DNA of 63,896 nucleotides, filler included, from Octopus bimaculoides (taxonomy: Eukaryota), in NCBI RefSeq assembly GCF_001194135.2. It is 6 parts of 6 records of this genome, joined end to end, with 100 filler letters (N's around TTAATTAATTAA, not from the genome) between each part and the next. Parts side by side here need not be neighbours in the genome. Positions count along the whole stretch, not along the records: positions 1 to 20,319 come from NC_068995.1; positions 20,420 to 28,639 come from NC_068984.1; 4 more parts are not named here. The stretch is one strand, 5' to 3'. The translations under genes were made by a program, and so were the position numbers. Position 1 is the stretch's first letter, and each line of letters opens with the position of its first letter. Below the pieces are notes generated by a model. It was not told the origin of the DNA, ran no database searches, and was given only the letters and a program-made list of their open reading frames with translations. Shown here one piece after another: positions 12,230-25,800 of this stretch.

Positions 12230-12782
12230 TCATTATTGAGTGAGAGAGCAGTGCATGCCATCAAAGTAACACTTGGGTAAAATATACGAAGCCTAGTATA
12301 CCCATCATGACTACCCGTCTGATAAGGGTACACAAGGCACAGGAATCAGCCACACGTGCGTGACATGGTGACCTTATCTCAAGATAAACAGCGCATGACC
12401 ATGCATATGGAGCCCAATTAGAATTTTCTTCAGGTCGAATAACCCATCCCGCTCAAAAGATCTCTGAATAAAGGTCGCTTAAGGATGTTGAATGAAATAC
12501 CCTCGTTTTCAAAGGTGAATTATCAAACCTCCAAAGAATTCCTCTCAATACATAGCTATGATACTCACCCACTACTTCTGCTCGTAATAAGAGATGCACA
12601 TATCGTCAGCCTCTAAGGGACATGCTCAACTAGTTAAGGTCAAGCAAGTGAGAAGCAAATCTGTGGTATTGAGCAGAATATTTGCTGTAGTCCATCTTTT
12701 ATACTAAGACAAAACAATAAACATGATAACACTTCCAATCAGTTAAGATCAGAAGCCACGTGAGCCACTGCCTGGTACTGCT
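12230..12782. repeat. Unclassified interspersed repeat
   Basis: Its end (GATAACACTTCCAATCAGTTAAGATCAGAAGCC) recurs in reverse complement at about 34370-34410. Confidence 0.55.
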
Positions 12783-12798
12783 ATTGTTGTTGTTGTTG

Positions 12799-12873
<75 letters not shown>

Positions 12874-14104
12874 NNNNNNNNNNNNNNNNNNNNNNNNNNN
12901 NNNNNNNNNNNNNNNNNNNNNNNNNNNNNNNNNNNNNNNNNNNNNNNNNNNNNNNNNNNNNNNNNNNNNNNNNNNNNNNNNNNNNNNNNNNNNNNNNNNN
13001 NNNNNNNNNNNNNNNNNNNNNNNNNNNNNNNNNNNNNNNNNNNNNNNNNNNNNNNNNNNNNNNNNNNNNNNNNNNNNNNNNNNNNNNNNNNNNNNNNNNN
13101 NNNNNNNNNNNNNNNNNNNNNNNNNNNNNNNNNNNNNNNNNNNNNNNNNNNNNNNNNNNNNNNNNNNNNNNNNNNNNNNNNNNNNNNNNNNNNNNNNNNN
13201 NNNNNNNNNNNNNNNNNNNNNNNNNNNNNNNNNNNNNNNNNNNNNNNNNNNNNNNNNNNNNNNNNNNNNNNNNNNNNNNNNNNNNNNNNACATACTGAAA
13301 TACTGAAATATAAGAATTCTGCTTCTCTGCTTTTTTGTTTAATAATTTTTGAAACCTAATTTTGTTTTATAAATCGTACAAAGCATTATTCGTTACAAGA
13401 ACATAATTCATTACATCACAAACCAAAACCACCACCACCACCACCACCACCGCCACCAGCAGCAGCACCACCACTACCACCACCACTACAACAACAATAA
13501 CGCAAAAATAAATCAACAAAGGAAAATAAACAACAACAACAACAATAACAAGGCCCTTCTGAAAATCTTATTCGGTTTTGTTTCTTTAGGGAAACACTTG
13601 CTTTGTAGCACACTTTCTGATTTCCGATGTCAAATTGCAGGTTAGTCTTGCATAACAACTGTGCAGACTGCAATCATCGAATTATCGATCATTGCTCTGC
13701 TCTCGGATCTTCATTACAACGAATAAAGCAAATAATAGTTTTCCGTTACATTTGAAGGAATCCTTGGTTCCATGAATGAGTGGTAACTAAACCGTGAATA
13801 CCGTTTGCCAATAATGATTTTCATGAGAAATAGTCTTCAAATAAACTCTTCATTTCCATTGCGGCCTTCATTTTTCTTTTTTTTCCTTCATCTTTATTTT
13901 TTTAGCTTTGGCTTTTCTGTGTGTGTCTCTATATGTGTATTGCGTGCATTGGTCTGTGTATGTGTGTGTATAGGTGTCTACATACATGAACATTTGTGTC
14001 TGTGTGTCTCCGTGTAGCACTATCTCTAAATGAGTATTTTTGTGTGTATAAATATGCGAAGGCAAATGTTTGTGCACGATTGTACGTGTATGTATATGAG
14101 GGTT

Positions 14105-14149
<45 letters not shown>

Positions 14150-14184
14150 CTGCAAGTGTCTATACATGTGTGTATGTATGTGTG

Positions 14185-14220
<36 letters not shown>

Positions 14221-14632
14221 TATGCACAAATTATATACACATATATTTATAAATATATAATTTGCACATATGCATGCACAAACCCACACGCACACACAAG
14301 CACACACACACACATACATATATACATATATACATATATATATATATACNNNNNNNNNNNNNNNNNNNNNNNNNNNNNNNNNNNNNNNNNNNNNNNNNNN
14401 NNNNNNNNNNNNNNNNNNNNNNNNNNNNNNNNNNNNNNNNNNNNNNNNNNNNNNNNNNNNNNNNNNNNNNNNNNNNNNNNNNNNNNNNNNNNNNNNNNNN
14501 NNNNNNNNNNNNNNNNNNNNNNNNNNNNNNNNNNNNNNNNNNNNNNNNNNNNNNNNNNNNNNNNNNNNNNNNNNNNNNNNNNNNNNNNNNNNNNNNNNNN
14601 NNNNNNNNNNNNNNNNNNNNNNNNNNNNNNNN

Positions 14633-14676
<44 letters not shown>

Positions 14677-15269
14677 CATGCCAATTTGTCTTTTGTGTGT
14701 GAAACTCTGCGTGCGAGTGTGAGTACAAGAATGAACGTCTACATCAGTATCGATGCGTGGTTATGAGTGCATTCAATGATGTATGTATATAGGTCTACAT
14801 GCATTTCTGTTTCCATTCAACAAACCAATTCCTTATTCACAGATCTCTGTTTATTGAGAAGGACACAAATCTTAAGAACTTACAATTCTGCTGCAGTGTT
14901 TGGCGCTCTGTTTGTTTTTGTCTTTATGTTTTTAATCAAAGAATATAAATTACTAAATTAAGTTTTCTCATTCTTTTACTTTATTTCTTATCAGATGTTC
15001 CAATTCTGCGAGTGACCAATTTGAATTAATGATGTTGCCTCTCTCCATTCACTCTTCCATTCATTGACATCTCCACTTTATTCTTTCCCGTTTTGTTTAT
15101 GTATAGACTTCTATATAATAATAGTCCTTCCTCTCTCTCTGTCTCTCTCTGTCTCTCTCTGTCTCTCTCTGTCTCTCTCTGTTTCTCTCTGTCTCTCTCT
15201 CTCTGTCTCTCTCTCTCTCTCTCTGTTATTTATTCACCGTGTTTTCCCGTTCTTTATTAAGTTATTTCT

Positions 15270-15884
15270 TGTAGTCGTCGTCGTCGTCATTCGTTGATGC
15301 TGAAATTGTTGTGGCTGTTGTTGTTTGTTGTCGTCGTCATCGTCGTCGCCATGGTCTTCCTCATCCGTTCGCCATCATCTTCATCGTCATCATCATCACA
15401 TTCTCCTTCAATCACACCGCTTCCAAACACTATCGTCGTCGTTACCCCACCACCACCACCACCACCACCACCACCACCACTACCACCACNNNNNNNNNNN
15501 NNNNNNNNNNNNNNNNNNNNNNNNNNNNNNNNNNNNNNNNNNNNNNNNNNNNNNNNNNNNNNNNNNNNNNNNNNNNNNNNNNNNNNNNNNNNNNNNNNNN
15601 CGCCACCATGACCACCAGAACAACTACCTCACCCCACCACGACCACCACCACGACCACTACCACCGCCACCACTACTGCAATCATTGGTCACTTCTATCA
15701 ATACCTCTACTACTGTCCACCGATCCATACCGACTCAACACAATCATCATCAACATCATTCATATACCCCTTCCTCGCTTTCTTCCTTTCAGCCTTCACC
15801 GTCACCAGACGATCACCGCCCCTGTAACTGTAATCATCATCATCATCGTCGTCATCATCATCATCATCATCATCATCATTGCCG

Positions 15885-15937
<53 letters not shown>

Positions 15938-15947
15938 GTCATCATCG

Positions 15948-16002
<55 letters not shown>

Positions 16003-16150
16003 CATTGTCGTCATCGTCGTCATTGCCCTTATCGTCATTATCCTCCTCCCCTCCTCTTCCTTCTCCTCTTCATCATCATCATTGTCATCATCAACATTGT
16101 CGTCGTCGTCGTCCTCCACGCCATCATCGTCATGATCGACTTCGTCGTCG
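15270..16150. repeat. Long compound trinucleotide array (CAT/CGT/CAC/GTT)
   Basis: Seen directly; source of the poly-His, poly-Ser and poly-Ile ORFs. Confidence 0.95.
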
Positions 16151-16875
16151 TTTGCTTTTGCTGGTACTTGTAACTTGCGTAAGATGCACACACACGCACT
16201 CACACACATATATGCACATGCCTGTGCTCATATATGCATGAATAGATGTATACGTAGTTGTATGTGTCTCTCTCTCTATATATACACATGTGCAGTATAT
16301 ATATATATATATATATATATATGAATCTAGGTAATTATGTACGTCAATGCATATGTGCATGCTTGTATATACGTTTGAATGAATGTATGCCCGAAATGTT
16401 CAGTAAATGAGTGTCTAACATAATATTTGTTTCGTGTTATGCCTGACGGTGCACGTGTGTGTATGCAGGGGAGACAACAAGTACACTAAATTATAGAACG
16501 GAAATTGTAGGACAACAAGCATACATTTTAGTATACACTTCTCTTTAGTATGCACTTGCAGTTTCTCTAACGAGGCGAAAAGCATGTTAGATTATCTTGA
16601 TATCCTTGCCAGGTTGAACCCAACTGTTTGGTACTATTGAATCAATATTCATTGAATAAGAGGTAATTCCTTTGTATCAATATCGGTGTTCAGATATTTT
16701 GACGCATGCTCCATTTTCTAGCATTCTTTGGCAAAACCTGCGAATTCATAAACTGGCAGGCAGATTGTTAAAATTTTTAATTTAGGTTTTGTTATGTATC
16801 TCAAACGAAACACCGAGGAATACTGGATCGCGTTTCATATGAACTGAGGTGTGCCGAGGATTTTTTTTAACTATA

Positions 16876-17089
16876 TGAGGGTGTGCTGAAAAGTTCCTTG
16901 TTTTGGGTGAAAGAAAATACAGGCAGATCAGTTAATTATGATTTTATTAAACATATTCCCCGCTCAGATTAACACACTTATTGCAGCAGTCCTTTTTTTT
17001 CTAAGCCCTGTAAACGAATTCGGAAGTTTGGGCCTCCAGCCAGGCCTTTCCTGATACCATTGAGGCCAAGAACTTTTCGGCACCCCTCG
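16876..17089. mobile_element. Mariner-derived MITE (214 bp)
   Basis: Left TA|TGAGGGTGTGCTGAAAAGTTCC; right end reverse-complements to TA|CGAGGGGTGCCGAAAAGTTCTTGG; TA on both flanks; no ORF. Confidence 0.85.
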
Positions 17090-17824
17090 TAATTTACGGC
17101 GTTAGTAAACCACGCGAATGCATGAATATCGTGAGAAATGTTTTATTCAGAATACTTCTTTTTGCTATAAGTTCAAGGCCTGACACTTTACTCATAATAA
17201 CGAAACAATTTAAATTATAATTTTCCTGTTTCTACCTGTTGCTAATTACAAAATATCGCTATTCACTACCATGACAAAATAGCCAGGTATTCGTTTACTT
17301 GGTAATTAGTCACTGCTTTTCAAAGCCATTTATTTATGGTCAACAGTCACAGGTTTGCATCTTTTCTCTTATCACCCATCTCTCCTTCGGTATCTGAAGA
17401 ATTTTGTAATTGTGCAGGATTTTGTAAGGTGAAAAATCTGGGTTTTGTAGTATTCTTCTTGAATTATTCATTAAGTTTATTTTATTTATAGACGTATTTC
17501 TTGATTAAAGTAATGAATTATGCTAATGCGAGGTTTATAACATTTTTGGTGAATGGCGGATTGAACCAGATCACATTTCTGTTTCTGGTGCATTTTCCTT
17601 TTTATTTTCTTTGGCATTATATGCAATTGTGCTATGAAAGTGGGTATTTCTAAGCAACTAGCTGCATCTAAGCGCTACCCTTTGAAACATTGCTTTATCA
17701 GAAGCGAGACTTCTTATATACATTTGCATATTTCTATTAGTATTTGTTTCATAATATGCGGAAGGTGGGATTCTGAATGTATTATACAAAGGATGTTTGT
17801 TGCGCTTATATAGTGTTCATATAG

Positions 17825-18000
17825 CTCTTTCCGGTTCCTTTCAAATTACGACTGGCCTGAAGCAAGGCTGCATCTTCGTTTTCACACTGTTTCTCCCTAC
17901 CTCGGTGCTATGATCCATAAGATCCCCGATCATGCTCCTAGTGTTGTTACGGAATGGATGGAGGACTTTTCAACACTGCCCGCTTTAGAGCCAATCTCAA
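17825..18000 (+). mobile_element. RTE-clade LINE RT fragment
   Basis: GSFQITTGLKQGCIFVFTLF and GMDGGLFNTARFRANL correspond to the RTE GVKQGCVLAPTLF and DGRLFNLRRL motifs. Confidence 0.7.
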
Positions 18001-18124
18001 CTCCAGCATGCTGGTCGTTATACTTCTTCTAGCTTCCTAACTCAGTTTTCCTCTATTCTAGATCACGCTAACGTTATTTTTTTTACTAAACCCTAACGCC
18101 TATACTCTAATAACCCTTTTCAGG

Positions 18125-18870
18125 GCTATCCATCATCGGTTGGTGATTGCACCCGACAAGTTCTGATGAAATAACTTGCTTAACCCAATATCTGAAAGCT
18201 TGACTTGCTGGAAAAGACGTGTTCAGCCTCTAATATCCCTGGCCCTGCCTATGGATCTTATCTAGGTCGATCGTATAGATCAAGAAGTTGTGGTCTATGT
18301 TGCTGACAACTTTGAACTGTGGACAACTAATACTACTTCTGTCTACTGGCCTAAAGAATACTCTAGATGGTATCTGGAAGACGTGATTCTGTTTGCCCAC
18401 ATCCACATTGGCACAATTGGGAAATCCAGCCGGTACCCATTGGAAGCGACTGCGCAGCTTAGTGAGACTTTCACACAACCATCATTTATCAGCTAGTCCC
18501 ACCCAATTCAAGCGTACGTCCAAGATGACGTTCCAATCGCCCGCTAGCACTAAAGAGTAAGACGGGCCAAGGAAAACCGCCAAACGTGGGAAGAAATCCG
18601 GTTGCCCCACCCCAGTTGATGCGTACACAGCGACTCATCTAAAAGCAGCTCTTTTCCTATAGCTCACATCTAGAACTACCAACAAACTATCCGGGACCAT
18701 CCATACCTCAAGATCCAAGCCTTTCTTAAGCATCATTGCCACCCTTTCTCGCATTCTAGATCGAGACAGAGAAGAATAGATCTCAAAGGCGTCAATTTTC
18801 TCTTTTGAATGCTTTTAAGCTGGGCATTGAAGAGCCACCACCGTGTATATGGATCTTCTTTAAAACGCTA
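18125..18870 (-). mobile_element. Tx1-like (L1 clade) LINE apurinic endonuclease domain, decayed
   Basis: Minus frame reads VVALQ...RVAMMLKKGLDL...VAVYAST...LVLAGDWNVILD...RVFFRPVDRSSISCPQF..IDHNFL...QGQGY*RLNTS, the GDxN, SDH and GPGYWKLN motifs; several in-frame stops. Confidence 0.8.
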
Positions 18871-19079
18871 ACCGAGCGTTATTTTGAGTGATGGGGAGGT
18901 AATATATTGCTCCTTAATGGGCAAAACAATTACAGAACGACGGCCAAGTGATTCCTGGGACTCTGAATAACAAATTATAACAAAAAATTTAAACAAAAAC
19001 ACCACCAAACGGATGAAAAAACCAAGTTTTAAATGAGACTTTCGTAATATGTTCGAAAACACGTCTCATGGATTCTGCA

Positions 19080-19082
19080 GGA

Positions 19083-19125
<43 letters not shown>

Positions 19126-19181
19126 CGATGACGACGACGACGACGACAACGACGACGACGACAACGACGACGACGACGACG

Positions 19182-19216
<35 letters not shown>

Positions 19217-19285
19217 AATAATAGTAATAATAATAATAATAATATTAATGATAATAATAATAACAACAATAATAATCTATATTAT
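19080..19285. repeat. Compound microsatellite (GAT)n-(GAC)n-(AAC)n-(AAT)n
   Basis: Seen directly. Confidence 0.95.
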
Positions 19286-19635
19286 AATGGAATAAGCCGT
19301 TTATTAATTAGGCATGTAACAGTTACTAAAAGTACTAAAAGAAAGCAATTATTAAAGTTTTGATCATCTGGAAATTTTTTTTATAAATCTATGTTTCATG
19401 AAATTTCTTATAATTTCGATTTCTGAACTTTATTGAATTTTTGAAATCCAATTTTTCACAAATTTGAATATTCGTTGCATTCACTGCGGAGTATTCCGTT
19501 TTCATTTGCAATATCTCTCACTCTCTATTTCAAGTTTTAATTCGCTATTTGCAAAACCCACAGTTTATTCTATATACGTAATGTAAAAACATTATTTATT
19601 GAATGAAACTTTTTAAATATACCGTGAGAAAAATT

Positions 19636-20060
19636 AAGAAATGGTTTCGTTGTTATGGCTGTTTGGAATGCTATAAGCCTTACAATAACTATTCAGACCG
19701 ATTTTGGCCACTTTTAATCTTTAAACCCGTGGGAGGAGCCTTTTCGGTACAAGTAAATAAATAAGTAAAGAAATTGGAAATATTTTCAGAGCAAAAGGTG
19801 AATAATTGGCTGTTTTCTAATATATTGGTCTAATTTTTGTGAAAAAAATAAAATGAAGAAATGATTTTGTTGTTATGGCTGTTTGGAACGCTATAAGCCT
19901 TACAATAATAACTATCCGAACCGATTTTGTTCATTCTTTTTTTCAACTTAAAAACCACTGGAGAAGCCTTTTCGGTTAAAAAAAACAACAAAAAACATGA
20001 AATTGTAAATGTTTTCAGAGGAGAAGGGGAACAATTCAAAGGAGGTTTGGCTGCTGTTTC
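19636..20060. repeat. Diverged tandem duplication, period 220 bp
   Basis: AAGAAATG.TTT.GTTGTTATGGCTGTTTGGAA.GCTATAAGCCTTACAATAA starts at 19636 and again at 19856. Confidence 0.85.
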
Positions 20061-20258
20061 TAGCACAATCTAAACCACTCTTCATTTTCACTCTCACATG
20101 TATTGATGCTTTTTCAATATTTTTCTCCCATTAAACATATTTTATGGAATGATGATGCCGAAGTAATATACGCGTGGTCCATTGGTGAAATATAAGCAAC
20201 AACAAAAAAATAATTGTAATCTAAATTTTTACCTCCCTACCTCAATCAAGCGAAGCCG

Positions 20259-20289
<31 letters not shown>

Positions 20290-20319
20290 AAAAAAAACAT
20301 TTTCTAACAGATAAGTATG

Positions 20320-20419
20320 NNNNNNNNNNNNNNNNNNNNNNNNNNNNNNNNNNNNNNNNNNNNTTAATTAATTAANNNNNNNNNNNNNNNNNNNNNNNNN
20401 NNNNNNNNNNNNNNNNNNN
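20320..20419. other. Assembly linker: 44 N + TTAATTAATTAA + 44 N (technical)
   Basis: The identical 100-bp construct also occurs at 28640-28739, 36100-36199, 38586-38685 and 61510-61609; the 12-mer has stop codons in all six frames. Confidence 0.95.
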
Positions 20420-20530
20420 GCAAAAGAGACCGATAGTATAAGTATAAGTCCTGGGGTCGATTTGTTCGACTAAATGCGGTGCTCCAGCATGGCCGTAGTC
20501 AAATGACTGAAACAAATAAGAGAATAAAAG
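20420..20530 (+). mobile_element. 3' end of SINE family D
   Basis: GCAAAAGAGACCGATAG...GTGCTCCAGCATGGCCGTAGTCAAATGACTGAAAC; the same end is at 26229-26285 and, inverted, at 46765. Confidence 0.7.
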
Positions 20531-20537
20531 AAAGAAT

Positions 20538-20578
<41 letters not shown>

Positions 20579-23500
20579 CATGCATACGTATATATTTTTA
20601 CATATTTTAGAAAACTGCCACAAGCAAAAGTTGAGATAATATTCAATGTTATAACAATAGTACAATATAACGGTTACCCTGCACATTTTCCAGATCATAT
20701 TCATTTCAACACCCCATAGATATCTGGGCGGCTTGCAGTATGAACGGAGGGTAGCAGACTACCTATACTGGAAGACCTGAGTCGTAGCAATCAAAACGAG
20801 GACAGGGCTCGGAAGGTATAATGAATGTAATGGGAAGGTCGATGAAAGCTTTTCTGAGGTGGTAAAAGTTATGAAAGAAGGATTGCAAAAGAAGGAAAGG
20901 AGATGTACATTAAGGACTCAGCTGAATTTTACGAGCTTCACTTCTTATTAGAATCATTTTAATTCATTTATCGTGATGCAATTTGAGAGTATGATGGTGG
21001 TTCTATTGACCATAGCCACTGAGAAGCAGAATTCTACCAGAGGGTTGGTAGGATTTAGGCTGTGTTTGGGTGTAGGGGAAAAGATGATGAGTGTGTTAGT
21101 GTGAGTTTGTTTCAGCTGTAGTGTGCAATGCTGGAATCCATGTTATGTAAGCATGAATAACTAGCCTTGGTGTTATGAGCATTAAAAAACTTGTGATACA
21201 TATAGGTTTTGTGAAAGTACTGTCTAATTAGCGACACTGTATGTATGTATGGATGGATGGATGGGTAGATGTGTATATGTGTATATATATGCGGGTGTTC
21301 ATATAAGCAAGAAAGAAGGGGTGGAAGACAAAGTTGTGACAAGTGCTGATTGAAGTAAAAGACAAGAGAAGAAACAAAATGAAAGCCCGTTGAATCGATA
21401 CAGACCTTTAATCACACACGGACGCACACGCACCCACGCACACATGCACGAACTCACATACACATACAGACATATATATATATACACATTGAGAATTTTA
21501 GTAGTTTGTCGTAGTGATGATGTTTGTTGATACTTTGTTTATGGAGGAGGTGGTGGTGGTGACTTTTGAAAGTAGTAAAAAGCTGATGTTTATTTATTTA
21601 TATAAGCCCAAACAAACATTATGATTTTATGCGTGCATTTCAATACAATTGTTGTCGCTAACACCATAACTACAATGACTACCAACAATAACAAACAGCC
21701 TCAAACAACAAACATTACCACCGCCACCATGACCACCATTATTACCTCCTATTTTCCCTTCTTTTTTAAGGTTTTCTTTTTCTCCCTCTCTTCTTTGTGT
21801 TCCTTAAGTTAGCGTGATGCCATAAGTAGTTATATAACAACAACGTTGAATCGTATTAATATAAAGTAAGAAATTTCACAAATCTCTTTGAAAGTCAAAT
21901 TTGGGCAGAATATTTTTCAATTCACTGAACTCACCCAAGAGCTATAGGGTCCCTATATTGATTTCATCTGCTTCACCACATTCACCAGTTTCGATATCCT
22001 CATCTCTTAGAATAACTCGTTCCACTCTGCTCTATAATCATTTTCTACTGTATCTTATATATCTCACTCAATTTCCAAGAGACTGCATTGCTATCAACAT
22101 CCTTCATCTCTTCAAATCTGTTCATTTCATATCCACTGGTTTCCACTCCAATCTTCATCATTCACTTTCTCACCCCTGAGTTATCCTATTCTCTTAATTC
22201 CTTCAAATTTTGCTAATTATGCTGCACCAACTCAGGCTTCGACCGAGATCTAAAGGAATGCAGTACTTCCCCTTTAACTAACATTCTCCTTGATTATTTG
22301 TGGATCTCACTCTCCGTTGGGTCTAGGCTATTAACCGTACCGTTGCTCTTCTGCCCTCTACATTCTTACGGACCAGATGCGATACTCCTTTATCTTCTGT
22401 CCGGCCACACTCCCATTAAAATGCATCTTGTTATAACTCTGTGATCCAATAACTGCCTCAATCTTCCAGAATCTCTTCTCTATTCCATCAAAATAGATAT
22501 AATTCACTGCAACCTTTCAGATGCCCCTATCTCTCCTCTTGTAATAACCAGCCAGGGACTTTCAAGTAATCGAGGAATTTACTTTTTAAACGTTTTGCTG
22601 TGATTGATCCCACTACTTGCGTCTTGGACAAGTATTTTCTTTTACCCGAACCTCGGCTTGCTCTTAGCCTTGTAAATGAAATTGAATTGAGATAAATCGT
22701 TTGGACATTTGTCGGATGGACTGGACCTATTATAAGCTTGTTATAAAATTGTTACATAACGACTCTGCTAGAGAATTGCATTAAGGGTGCACGTGTCTGA
22801 GGAATATCCAGCCACTTATACTGTAAGTCAATGAGTATGCACTCTAGTTTGATCAAACAACTGGAAAACTCTTTATCGAAACGGATCTATTTATTTTACC
22901 TTATGCATTCATGTGTGTAATCTTGACTAGCTTCAGTCATTAGAGTGTGGCTGTTCTATGACATCGCCAACTAAGTTATAGTAGACTATTTCGACTGCAG
23001 AACTTCTCTTTATCGATTGGTACGTACTTCATGGATAACACAAGGATAAAAATCCAGGTATAGTAAATATTACTAATCCATACAGAAAGGTATCGTACAA
23101 AAAGTTATCGTGCTCAGACGAATAAAATACAGAAACTTGAGATCTACTGACGTCCTTAGTACAAGAAGAGCTGTATTCCAAACGTTGCATAATATAAATT
23201 TCTATTATGACATGGCTTTGACCGTTGGATTACCAGAACCGTTAGCGCACCATAGATTTGTCCCTGTTGCTTACATCCTGCATTCATATCCAGTCAAGGC
23301 TAACTTTGCCTTTCGAGGTCGATAGAGTAAAGTCAAACCCTGGGGATCGATGGTAATAACCTCTAAATTGCTGGCCTTGTGCCTAAATAAGAAACCATTA
23401 TTATGACAGGCTTGAGCGAACAACAGTAGCAATCGTTAGAGACTGTCTCCTTAAGCCTGTGACCTTTCTCACAATCTCTTTTCCTAACTTACAGCGTTCT

Positions 23501-23883
23501 TTGTTTATCAATAACGATGGCGATAGCAACAATTATTATCAATATGTAAATCTGGGAGGTGACACTGTCGTAGAAAAAGTGAAAAAGACGTAATTGGTGC
23601 CTATCGCATCCACCTACACACCGGTACATACCCATATATATATACAATATATATATATATATATATATATATANNNNNNNNNNNNNNNNNNNNNNNNNNN
23701 NNNNNNNNNNNNNNNNNNNNNNNNNNNNNNNNNNNNNNNNNNNNNNNNNNNNNNNNNNATATATGTTATGTGTATGAATATATATGTTATGTGTATGAAT
23801 GCATGTGTGTATGAATATATGCACATATATATATATATATATGTGTGTGTGTATGTATGTATGTATGTATGTATGTATGTATG

Positions 23884-23915
<32 letters not shown>

Positions 23916-24388
23916 GACAAAGAAATTGATGAGAAAAGGAAATAAGGGTATTTTTTCTGTTTGTTTTATTCTATTATTATTACTCCCTTGAGTAGAAAGG
24001 AAAGGGCGGGGACTGAAGCATTAGTACGATCCCTAAGGACCACTGACAGGATGTGATATCTCAATGCTGCAGCAGAATGCACGTCATTAGTGTGTCAAAG
24101 GAAACCGCCGTTTGTTGAAACAAATGTAACAGAAGCAACAGCGACTGAAAGAAAGGAAAAGAGACAGCATTTTCTACATAACAACAGGGGCCACTGAATG
24201 AACTTCTCATTGCTTTGCTTAATATGACAGTCAAAAACTTCCTCAAGCAATTCACATCCCTTTATTAAAATCGGAACTAGTTTCCTTGGAATTCGGATTT
24301 TACCACATTTAAGTGTAAACACAAACACAAACATATACGCATACACATACATACATGCATATGCACACACAGAGACATAGACACAGGC

Positions 24389-24449
<61 letters not shown>

Positions 24450-24497
24450 GGCAGGCACACACACNNNNNNNNNNCAGACAGACAGACAGACAGGCAG

Positions 24498-24555
<58 letters not shown>

Positions 24556-24728
24556 GGATACACAGATACACATACACTCACGATAATGGTAGAACGACTG
24601 TCGGTGGAAATGCATGAGCAAGAGGTTCGTTCATTTATGTACCACCCTACCGTAGTTACACTGTAACATAACTAATCTCCAGAATCTAAGAAGTGGAGGA
24701 ACGGAACAACAGCAGCAGCAGCAGCATC

Positions 24729-24784
<56 letters not shown>

Positions 24785-25161
24785 CCCTATTATGACATCA
24801 TCAATAGTAAAAACATCAATAACAGCAATTAATGACTACGTCACTGCTCACGACATACTAAACAAAGATACAAATAAAGCAATGTTTCACGGCTGTTTTA
24901 CAGATAAGACATCTAAAGTCATCTTTGAAGTTTGTTTTATAGATTTTCATAACAGGATAGTCCTGAGAGGAAATACAGCGCCCATGCAATTTCTTAGAAC
25001 CTCCGTAACCGAAAGGATGAAGTAATTGTCATATCTGAGAAATCGGGCCGAATACTTGCAGCAAAGTGTACTCGGATAAAGGCAGTTATAACTTAACCAA
25101 GAAATTTATGTGGTAAATAAAGGATTAACCGTATTGATAATTGTAAGAGTTTTCTGGAAAC

Positions 25162-25267
<106 letters not shown>

Positions 25268-25578
25268 NNNNNNNNNNNNNNNNNNNNNNNNNNNNNNNNN
25301 NNNNNNNNNNNNNNNNNNNNNNNNNNNNNNNNNNNNNNNNNNNNNNNNNNNNNNNNNNNNNNNNNNNNNNNNNNNNNNNNNNNNNNNNNNNNNNNNNNNN
25401 NNNNNNNNNNNNNNNNNNNNNAGAAACACTGAATATCATTCTTAACCTCTTTACCATCAATAAACTATTTTCCTTTTAAATAATCTTGCAATAATCTGAA
25501 AAGATGATAAATGGAAAAAAAAGTCAGGTAATTTATATATATATAAAACAAAGGATGTCTCTGTGTGTCTGTGTATGT

Positions 25579-25800
25579 TATTTCTTTACTACCCACAAGG
25601 GGCTATACACAGAGGAGACAAACAAGGACAGACAAACGGATTAAGTCGATTATACCGACCCCAGTGCGTAACTGGTACTTATTTAATCGACCCCGAAAGG
25701 ATGAAAGGCAAAATCGACCTCGGCGGAATTTGAACTCAGAACGTAGCGGCAGACGAAATACCGCTAAGCATTTCGCCCGGCGTGCTAACGTTTCTGCCAG
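25579..25800 (-). mobile_element. SINE family A copy (well preserved)
   Basis: Reverse complement of the family sequence, from CTGGCAGAAACGTTAGCACGCCGGGCG to the CCCCTTGTGGG tail. Confidence 0.9.

Noticed and set aside
15294-16241. Long poly-His, poly-Ser, poly-Ile and poly-Met ORFs (also 6783-7081, 19049-19363, 34433-34745)
   Set aside because: Open only because trinucleotide repeats lack stops; no splice or domain support.
20364-20375. TTAATTAATTAA palindrome recurring five times (20364, 28684, 36144, 38630, 61554)
   Set aside because: Always centred in exactly 44 N + 12 + 44 N = 100 bp with stops in all six frames: a scaffolding linker, not biology. Order and distance across these joins are uncertain.
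21930-22700. Purine-skewed stretch suggestive of an LTR-retrotransposon remnant
   Set aside because: No diagnostic motif recovered in any frame I translated.
24946-25021. Possible exon DFHNRIVLRGNTAPMQFLRTSVTERM with a phase-2 donor, as an integrin FNxD exon
   Set aside because: Weak donor (GAA|GTAATT) and no FNxD or FGxS motif.
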